A program made the position numbers and the translations under genes. A stretch of 63,276 nucleotides of DNA from a virus (Duplodnaviria; Caudoviricetes), in IMG/VR virus record IMGVR_UViG_3300032334_002666, positions 1 through 63,276 of that record; one strand, given 5' to 3'. Below the pieces are notes generated by a model. The model was not told the origin of the DNA. It worked only from the letters and a program-made list of their open reading frames with translations, and did no database searches. This document shows positions 54,296 to 63,276 of the stretch, piece by piece (the first letter of the stretch is position 1; every line of letters starts with the position of its first letter).

Positions 54296-56101
54296 CTATC
54301 CATCGCAACTTAGACAGTCAACCATTGCTCTAGCTGAAATATCTCCACGTAATACTGATTCGGTTCTCATATAATACAGAGTTTTAATTCCAGCATTGTA
54401 TGCTTCTAGGTGAACTTGATTTATAAATTTAGGCTCAGCCTCAGTAGGAAAGGCTAGATTCAAAGAAACGGACTGATCAATATACTGTTGTCTTAATCCA
54501 GCTTGACGAACTAGTTCTAATTGATTTAACTCTTTAAACGTAAGGTACACATCCTTTAACGGGATATAGCTAGATTGATCTATTTCTGGAAGCCTATTAA
54601 ATTTACTTAGGGTAATAGGATTTCCAGCTTCTCCTAATTTTACAAAGTAATTATCAATACACTCTAGATCTTGTACAGATCCGCCGTCTTCTAGAATTTG
54701 ATCCCAAGTATCTTTAGTATTGAACCCTAATTTATCAAGGACCTTTTCTAAGGAAGGATTTTTTCTAATAAAGGTACCTTTTGCTGTTTGCTCAGTAAAT
54801 ACATTTGCTGCCCATGGTTCAATACCAGCAGAGACGTTTCCAGAAAGCTTAGAGTTAGATACAGTAGGTGCAACTGCACGCTGATGAGTATTTCTCATTC
54901 CTGTACCAACACACCATAGGGGCTCACCATATTCCCTTGCCATATCTCTACTTGCACGTTCGCTTTCAATTTTAAGCTGTGAAAATATTTTACGAGTCTC
55001 AAATTGAGCAGGTAGAGAATCGAATGGGATATTTTTATTTTGTAAATAGGTATGCCATCCTAATACACCTAATCCAAGAGCTCTACCCTTTTCGGCAGAT
55101 CGAACTGAATTTTCAAATCCTCTCATGTATTTAGCGCGTTGAATAAATTCTTCAAGCACTCCATCTAGGAACCATGTTGCGGTGTAGATCAGGTCAGTAT
55201 CTTTCCACTCTTCATATTTTGCAAGATTTAGAGAGGAAAGGCAGCACACGAATGAGTGATTTTCATCTGTATGTAGAGTGATCTCACTACAAATATTTGT
55301 CATATAAACCTTAAGGCCGTTCTTTTTGTATGCTTCAGGATTTTGACGATTGACGTTTCCTTTGTACATAATATATGGCTCACCGCTAGATCTACGTTTT
55401 CTTAACACCGCTGTCCATCGACGACGAGCTTCTTTATCGCCATGCTCTAGTTTTTGCATAAAGTCATCAGATACGACAACACACTGATGAAGATTTAAAC
55501 ACTGTCGATTAATATCTCCCTTAGGTTCTCTAATTTCTAGCCAATCCCAAAAATCTCCATGCTCAATATCCATATTCACAGAAGCAGCACCCCTACGAAC
55601 ATTTCCTTGATTTGTTGCAAGAACAGAGGAATCGTATATTTTACAGAAAGGAACAAGTCCGTCAGATGTACCGTTTTGAGAAATAGTAGAACCTGCTGGA
55701 CGTATTTGATTTACACCAACCCCGACGCCTCCACCATGTTTAGCTAGGAGCATAAGTTCTAGGTTCTTTCCTCCAATATCTGCTATTGAGTCAGCAACGT
55801 CAATGCCGAAACATGAAATAGGAAGACCTCGTTCAGTACCAGTATTTGAAAATACCGGAGTTGCTAAATTTAACCAGCCTTTCCACATATAGTCAAAAAA
55901 CTTAGATGCCATTTCTGGCTTACGAAGTCTCTTCGCAACGGCAGTTGATACTCTCCAATAAGCGTCTTTAGGTGTTTCACCCTCAAGTAGGTATCCTCTA
56001 GATACTGTTTTAACATATACTTCAGTATTTGCCCATACTGGAAAGTGAACGCCGATTTCCCAACCTAGTGATTCTCCGTGATTCATTTCATTTTCTTCCA
56101 T
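54296..56101 (-). CDS. nrdA: Ribonucleotide reductase class Ia alpha subunit (no ATP cone)
   Basis: ATP.F.N.G, ISCF, TNICSEI, APT, DQSVS, KTLYY and C-terminal CLSC motifs. Confidence 0.95.
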   Translation of the reverse strand: MEENEMNHGESLGWEIGVHFPVWANTEVYVKTVSRGYLLEGETPKDAYWRVSTAVAKRLRKPEMASKFFDYMWKGWLNLATPVFSNTGTERGLPISCFGIDVADSIADIGGKNLELMLLAKHGGGVGVGVNQIRPAGSTISQNGTSDGLVPFCKIYDSSVLATNQGNVRRGAASVNMDIEHGDFWDWLEIREPKGDINRQCLNLHQCVVVSDDFMQKLEHGDKEARRRWTAVLRKRRSSGEPYIMYKGNVNRQNPEAYKKNGLKVYMTNICSEITLHTDENHSFVCCLSSLNLAKYEEWKDTDLIYTATWFLDGVLEEFIQRAKYMRGFENSVRSAEKGRALGLGVLGWHTYLQNKNIPFDSLPAQFETRKIFSQLKIESERASRDMAREYGEPLWCVGTGMRNTHQRAVAPTVSNSKLSGNVSAGIEPWAANVFTEQTAKGTFIRKNPSLEKVLDKLGFNTKDTWDQILEDGGSVQDLECIDNYFVKLGEAGNPITLSKFNRLPEIDQSSYIPLKDVYLTFKELNQLELVRQAGLRQQYIDQSVSLNLAFPTEAEPKFINQVHLEAYNAGIKTLYYMRTESVLRGDISARAMVDCLSCDG

Positions 56102-56198
56102 CTTCTTTATTATTCGTTAATTTATTTAATTTTTCTGCTATTCTAGGAGAGACAATAATCCATGAAGCTGGGCTACGTTTGCCAGCTTCATCTAACAT
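56088..56198 (-). CDS. Possible micro-ORF (36-56 aa) between nrdB and nrdA
   Basis: MLDEAGKRSPASWIIVSPRIAEKL...; fills the gap; alternative start at 56258. Confidence 0.4.
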   Translation of the reverse strand: MLDEAGKRSPASWIIVSPRIAEKLNKLTNNKEDGRK

Positions 56199-56226
56199 AC
56201 GACAATATTCACCAATTGGTGTTAAT

Positions 56227-57231
56227 TTACCAGAGTTCCTCTTCTGACCAGTTTTCATTTTCTCCGGCTTTAGCGTAATCAGTAGGGCGAATTGCAAAGA
56301 AGTCAGTATGGGTATGTCCACCAGTAAGATGATAAAACCAGTCAAGTTCTGATGCTGAATCTTCGTTATATTCAAAAATTGAGGCGTATCCTAATTCGTT
56401 TAGTTTTTCGTTTGCTCTCTTTTTAATAAAGGCTTTTAGGTTTTCTGCTTTAAGATTTTCAAGATCTCCAAGTTCAAACATTTTATCAATGAAAGTAAGC
56501 TCCATCTCTACCATTAAGACAGCAGCTTCTTCTACTTGTGTTTGAACAGATTCCCTAAGTCCTGGATATTCGTCACACATATGTCGAAATAACTGGCAGC
56601 CCATTTTAGAGTGAAGAGACTCATCTCTAACTGACCATTTCATTTGCTGACCAATTCCCTTTAAGAAATTTCTCATTTGAAAAGAATATAGGACAGCAAA
56701 GGATGAGTAGAGGGATACTCCTTCAGCAAATGCGGAAAATATAGCAAGTGACTTTGCCACATCTCTACGGGCATCTGATGAATCAGCTAGATCAATATGG
56801 GTATAATCGCTAGCTGTAGATAATAAAAATTCAAATTTAGCAGCAATGGTAGGTTCATGCATAAATGCTTTAAAATCATCTAAGCCTAGGGTTTCATTTA
56901 AGTAAGAATAGGCAACGGCATGTATTGTCTCTTGTGAACCAAATATCATTGCCATTTGCTTGATTTCATATTTAGGAAACCACTTAGTAACCATGCCAGT
57001 CCAATAGTCACTTACTGCGCATTCAGTTTGAGCAAAACCTAAAAGAATATTACCAACTAGGTTTTTTTCAGAGGGTGTTAAATTTTCATTCCAATCTTTA
57101 ATATCACCCTGCATTGAAATTTCAGTATGCAGCCAAAATGCTTGTGCTTGTAGTAACCAACCTTCCGTGTAATATATTGGATATTCAAAGGGTTTATATT
57201 CGAGTCGTTCTTTAAAGAGGGAACTTGCCAT
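56227..57231 (-). CDS. nrdB: Ribonucleotide reductase class Ia beta subunit
   Basis: ETIH...Y, EGVSLYSSF and RDESLH diiron motifs; DFF C-terminus. Confidence 0.95.
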   Translation of the reverse strand: MASSLFKERLEYKPFEYPIYYTEGWLLQAQAFWLHTEISMQGDIKDWNENLTPSEKNLVGNILLGFAQTECAVSDYWTGMVTKWFPKYEIKQMAMIFGSQETIHAVAYSYLNETLGLDDFKAFMHEPTIAAKFEFLLSTASDYTHIDLADSSDARRDVAKSLAIFSAFAEGVSLYSSFAVLYSFQMRNFLKGIGQQMKWSVRDESLHSKMGCQLFRHMCDEYPGLRESVQTQVEEAAVLMVEMELTFIDKMFELGDLENLKAENLKAFIKKRANEKLNELGYASIFEYNEDSASELDWFYHLTGGHTHTDFFAIRPTDYAKAGENENWSEEELW

Positions 57232-57383
57232 GTGTTTTACTTGTTTTTTTAGACAACACTGCTAATACTATCAGCGCTGCAGATTGTTAAATTTTTTAAT
57301 TTTACCGTCTTAATCTAGATCGAACTGGTTTAGTTCTTGGTTATTTATCTTGTCCTTCATTTGAGTAAGAGCTCTTTTAAAAA

Positions 57384-58541
57384 TTAATTTTCAGAGTCTT
57401 CAACGAATTCAAATTTTAAGCTTTTATTTAGGATATCTACTCTAGAAACCCTAACATATGGAAACTTATTTATGTTATTTTCAAGATCTTTTCTTTTTAG
57501 TGATACTTCATAGTTTTCACCATCTATATCAATTGAAATAGAATTTTTCTTAGTGTTAACCTCGTATGCAAAACGTCTAGACTCAGTTTTTTCTCTAAGC
57601 TGTTGCCATGCTAATTTTTCAGTATTAACACTTTCTGGATTTAGAGTAAGGACTATTCTAAATTGTCCACCTTTCGATGTAATATCTTTTACATATACAT
57701 TGAGTGAATCACCAGTTCGTAAAGTTCGTTTGATTGTCTCATAGTCATCAAATTCGGTTTGATGTACAAGACCAGTAAAATATCCATCAATCTCAACGAA
57801 TACACCAAAGTCATATGGTTTATTAGTAAGCGTTCCAGTATATTCTCGATTGAAGTCAAGATTTTCAATCATTGTAGGCATCGAATGAGTAACATACTTC
57901 TTATATGAAAGAATGAATAGGTCATTTGCTTGATCGTAGTTGTCAACCATTACTGTCAATGTCTTGTTTAACATATCATTAAAGTTATGGACTACGTTAG
58001 CTGCTGCATGCGACCCTGGAATAAAGCACTCAATCTCTTTGTTATAGAGAGCAAGGTATCCTCCTTTAATTAGTTTAGTAATGGTTACATCGAACCATTT
58101 ATTCTCGGCAAGATTAGTAAATAGGTCTTGTTTGTATGAGATGGATAGTGCTTTTCTTTCAGATCCATAGTTTTCACCAAACTTGGTTGATTTATAAACC
58201 ATAATTAAAAACTCTCTATCCTCTCCTTGAGAAAGAGTCTCAATATTTTTTGAGTATTCTCTAAAAGGAATAATGATTGGTGTCTTAGAAGTTACCTCCT
58301 CTGCATGAATTAGTTTATCCTGAAAAGAGATAATGTTTGCTTGTACTCGGTATACGCCACTTTCCTGTAGGTCTTTTGCTGAAACGTCACCAGTTTTCTC
58401 ATATCTATTCATTAGATCATATAGCTCTTGTGCATATGGCTCATGGCAATAGATTTTAACTCCGGCTTTTTTATCTTCGGCTGTAAGGTTAACACGTGTA
58501 TTGTATTTACCTAATGTTGTGAATTGATCAATAGTTGTCAT
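57384..58541 (-). CDS. Ribosomal protein S1-like RNA-binding protein
   Basis: S1 domains: KGGYL...CFIPGSH and FGVFVEIDG..TGLVH.TE. Confidence 0.82.
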   Translation of the reverse strand: MTTIDQFTTLGKYNTRVNLTAEDKKAGVKIYCHEPYAQELYDLMNRYEKTGDVSAKDLQESGVYRVQANIISFQDKLIHAEEVTSKTPIIIPFREYSKNIETLSQGEDREFLIMVYKSTKFGENYGSERKALSISYKQDLFTNLAENKWFDVTITKLIKGGYLALYNKEIECFIPGSHAAANVVHNFNDMLNKTLTVMVDNYDQANDLFILSYKKYVTHSMPTMIENLDFNREYTGTLTNKPYDFGVFVEIDGYFTGLVHQTEFDDYETIKRTLRTGDSLNVYVKDITSKGGQFRIVLTLNPESVNTEKLAWQQLREKTESRRFAYEVNTKKNSISIDIDGENYEVSLKRKDLENNINKFPYVRVSRVDILNKSLKFEFVEDSEN

Positions 58542-58558
58542 TGCGAATTAATTTATAA

Positions 58559-58587
58559 TTTATACACTCGTTGTTGGATAAAGTTTT
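58559..58587 (-). promoter_or_regulatory. Class B promoter AAAACTTT-N15-TATAAA
   Basis: Shared motif, 17 nt before the ATG at 58541. Confidence 0.55.
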
Positions 58588-58597
58588 TATAAAAAAC

Positions 58598-58625
58598 AAA
58601 AAAGAGATAGTTTCCTATCTCTTTT
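58598..58625 (-). terminator. Rho-independent terminator after groEL
   Basis: GAGATAG/CTATCTC stem flanked by A and T runs. Confidence 0.8.
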
Positions 58626-58646
58626 ACTTTTTAATATTGGTTGGTC

Positions 58647-61040
<2,394 letters not shown>

Positions 61041-61057
<17 letters not shown>

Positions 61058-61775
61058 ACTCTTCTACTACACAAAGTCCTGATAGTTTTAAAAGAGTTTG
61101 AATTCCAGCAAAAACATCTCGCTGGCAGTATTCAGCAATTCTTTGAGTATCCCCATCTTGCCAAAATACTCGACTGACTTCTTCACCTTTAATATCTCCT
61201 TTTGGAGTCTCAAGACCAATCGAAGTCACTAATAATTCAAGTGAAACGAATCCCTCTTGCCATGCACCAAAGCTCCATAATTCAGAGGTATCAACAAATG
61301 GCATTTCCCAAGGTTTAAGATTTTGAATTTGTAAGCCTTTAGGTAAGGATCTTCCATGGATTAGGAGACGTTTACACATCATCGGTATATCAAATCTCTT
61401 GATATTATGTCCTGAAAATTTAAGAGCAGCGAACTTATCAAATACTTTTTGAATTCCATCAAGTACTTCATCTTCATGTTCTGAACAGTAACTTTTTAGG
61501 ATCACATTAGGATCCTCTCCAACAAAGGTTAATCGACCAAATGTTGCACAAACTATTCTAGCAAATTCTGGAGTTAATGCAGCTTTTGCTTCATATAACT
61601 GTTCGTCTGTCATCTCTCGATTCTCATCAAATCGGGAACGAAGATAGTCACAACGTTTAGACCATAATTCAGCCATTTTTGGTTTGTTAAGAGCTAATTG
61701 ATCAAGTGATGCGTATTCTGATGCTGTTTCTAGATCAAAGAATACGACTTTTGCTAATTCTGCTGGTGTATACAT
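61041..61775 (-). CDS. Stand-alone DnaQ-like/PolB-type 3'-5' exonuclease
   Basis: FDLET, GHNIKRFD and YCQRD DEDDy motifs. Confidence 0.85.
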
Positions 61776-61784
61776 ACTTTAAAT

Positions 61785-61907
61785 TTAATCGGGTTGGTTA
61801 TCTAAGTCGTCGGCTTCATTTATTACTCTACTTGAAAATTTCATTACAAGTAAGGTGATAATAGTGCTTATTACTATTAAAACTAATGTAAGTGCTAAAA
61901 GTTTCAT
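61785..61907 (-). CDS. 40-aa membrane protein (not in ORF track)
   Basis: MKLLALTLVLIVISTIITLLVMKFSSRVINEADDLDNQPD; ATGA overlap with the upstream stop. Confidence 0.6.
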   Translation of the reverse strand: MKLLALTLVLIVISTIITLLVMKFSSRVINEADDLDNQPD

Positions 61908-62155
61908 TTTTCTACTACTTTAATTATTAAACCGCTATGATATACTTCAGTTTTACCATTACAAAGCTCAATTGAAGTAAATCCATTACTATAATGATTT
62001 ACGTTTCTTGCATCAATTGAGAGTTGACCTTTGATAAAGACTACTAGGTCACACTCTTTTGATTTCTTATTGTAACCATACATGAGTCCTCCAAATGAAG
62101 AAAATATAATTAGCATTAATCCAATGAGTTGCCAATTTAATTTTAAATGTTTCAT
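61904..62155 (-). CDS. Small membrane-anchored protein
   Basis: N-terminal TM helix. Confidence 0.65.
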   Translation of the reverse strand: MKHLKLNWQLIGLMLIIFSSFGGLMYGYNKKSKECDLVVFIKGQLSIDARNVNHYSNGFTSIELCNGKTEVYHSGLIIKVVEK

Positions 62156-62173
62156 ATTTTTATTTTTAGTTTA

Positions 62174-62794
62174 TTAATCCCACCAGCCTTTCATACCTGA
62201 TCCATCGAACCATTTATCCCAAAGGTCTTCTGTTTCTAGATCAACATTTTGAGACTTGGCTTTATCTAGGAGCATCACATAATGAGAGTGTTCTTGACCA
62301 TCAAAGATAGTCCAGAGTTCTTTCCATTCCTTTTCTTCAAGTTCACGAGATAAGGCGTAGATTTTGCTATTCATCTCCTTAATGCTAGCAGGTTGATCCT
62401 CTTCATCTTTATCTCCAAAGATTCCATATGAAAGATCTACAGTATATCCTAAAGTCTCTTCAGCTAAATCAATATAGTCATCCGTTGATTGTCGGTTTAG
62501 GATCTCAATAGCTCTCTTGATCTTGGCTACTTTTTTTAATCTAGGTCCATCTACTTCGTTTCCATGGTGTTCTAGTGTATGAGCAAGTGGTTCAAGAGAA
62601 CGAGATAAGATTCTCATTTGAAAGCTTGAGTCCCATGAGCGGTAGTTCCAAATTACCTTCCAGAAAAAGAAGATATTTTTGACTCCATTGGGTAGGTCAT
62701 AACGAAGGAAATCCCAAGTCTGCCAGTACCATTTCTGACGATTTACCATTCTCTCTAATGATTTAAAGAATGTGTCTGCAAATTTAATTTCCAT
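62174..62794 (-). CDS. Hypothetical protein
   Basis: 206-aa Trp-rich ORF ending in GWWD. Confidence 0.7.
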   Translation of the reverse strand: MEIKFADTFFKSLERMVNRQKWYWQTWDFLRYDLPNGVKNIFFFWKVIWNYRSWDSSFQMRILSRSLEPLAHTLEHHGNEVDGPRLKKVAKIKRAIEILNRQSTDDYIDLAEETLGYTVDLSYGIFGDKDEEDQPASIKEMNSKIYALSRELEEKEWKELWTIFDGQEHSHYVMLLDKAKSQNVDLETEDLWDKWFDGSGMKGWWD

Positions 62795-62810
62795 AATATT
62801 TTATTTTTTT

Positions 62811-63275
62811 TTAACTAAATTCAGTTGAAGTAGACACTCTAAGTCCATCTACGATAAGATCAAAATATTTGCTTTGATCGTATCCATAGTCTCGGTGATA
62901 GCCCTCTTTTTTCATGTGATCAAGATAGGCTTGATTATAAATGTGACCATCAGGTTCTCCCCAACTAAAAGCCATCTCGATAAACTCTTCGATATCTTCC
63001 TCTGCTCCATACTCATCAACCACTCGACCGCTACGAATAAAACTTAAGAGCTCCTCCTTATTTCGGTAATATTTCTCTTTATTGAAATTCCAGCAAAACC
63101 GCCAGCCCATACTTCGTTTGCCTAGATGAATCGATGTCTCTTCAATAAATTCACTCCAAGGGGAATGGTACTCCCAGACAGATTCACTATTTTCTAGCGT
63201 GCAAAAGCCTCTCTCGATTGTTTCTGGCGAAATATCTAATGCTTCTATTCTCTCTTGGAGTTTAAATTTTTTCTC
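62811..63275 (-). CDS. Hypothetical phage protein, 5' end outside the window
   Basis: The frame stays open upstream of 63110 to the window edge (...IHLGKRSMGWRF...VVDEYG). Confidence 0.7.
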   Translation of the reverse strand, partial: EKKFKLQERIEALDISPETIERGFCTLENSESVWEYHSPWSEFIEETSIHLGKRSMGWRFCWNFNKEKYYRNKEELLSFIRSGRVVDEYGAEEDIEEFIEMAFSWGEPDGHIYNQAYLDHMKKEGYHRDYGYDQSKYFDLIVDGLRVSTSTEFS

Positions 63276-63276
63276 A

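Noticed and set aside
56102-56226. Intron or homing element in the nrd locus
   Set aside because: nrdA and nrdB are each intact, and the gap is too short and lacks endonuclease motifs.

Overview
This AT-rich, densely coding window is part of a large T4-like myovirus (jumbo or huge phage) genome and uses the standard genetic code. The host is probably in Bacteroidota: this is inferred from the absence of Shine-Dalgarno leaders, the A-rich start contexts and an Hc1-like protein. The + strand mostly carries virion genes: baseplate, gp5-like spike, prohead protease/scaffold, major capsid, tail tube, tail sheath, a repeat fibre and a candidate endolysin. The - strand mostly carries DNA-metabolism and host-takeover genes: topoisomerase II, DinG, gp46/47, gp41, UvsX, a split PolB, gp32, RNase H, NrdAB, GroEL/ES and an S1-like protein. 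Two promoter classes can be read from the DNA: ATAAATAA 15-22 nt before virion genes, and AAAACYTT-N14/15-TANAA before replication genes. The main leads are: (1) a ~185-nt rod-shaped RNA ending in ACCA directly downstream of a DIP1984-like gene; (2) a T4-like cytosine-modification set (dCMP-type hydroxymethylase, gp56-like dCTPase, dCMP deaminase); (3) a glycosylase closely resembling animal NEIL1; (4) a family of proteins with capsid-targeting-like N-termini carrying annexin-like, OmpA-like and HExxH cargo domains; (5) a scaffold gene nested inside the protease gene with its own promoter. All family calls come from motif recognition by eye; no database searches were run.
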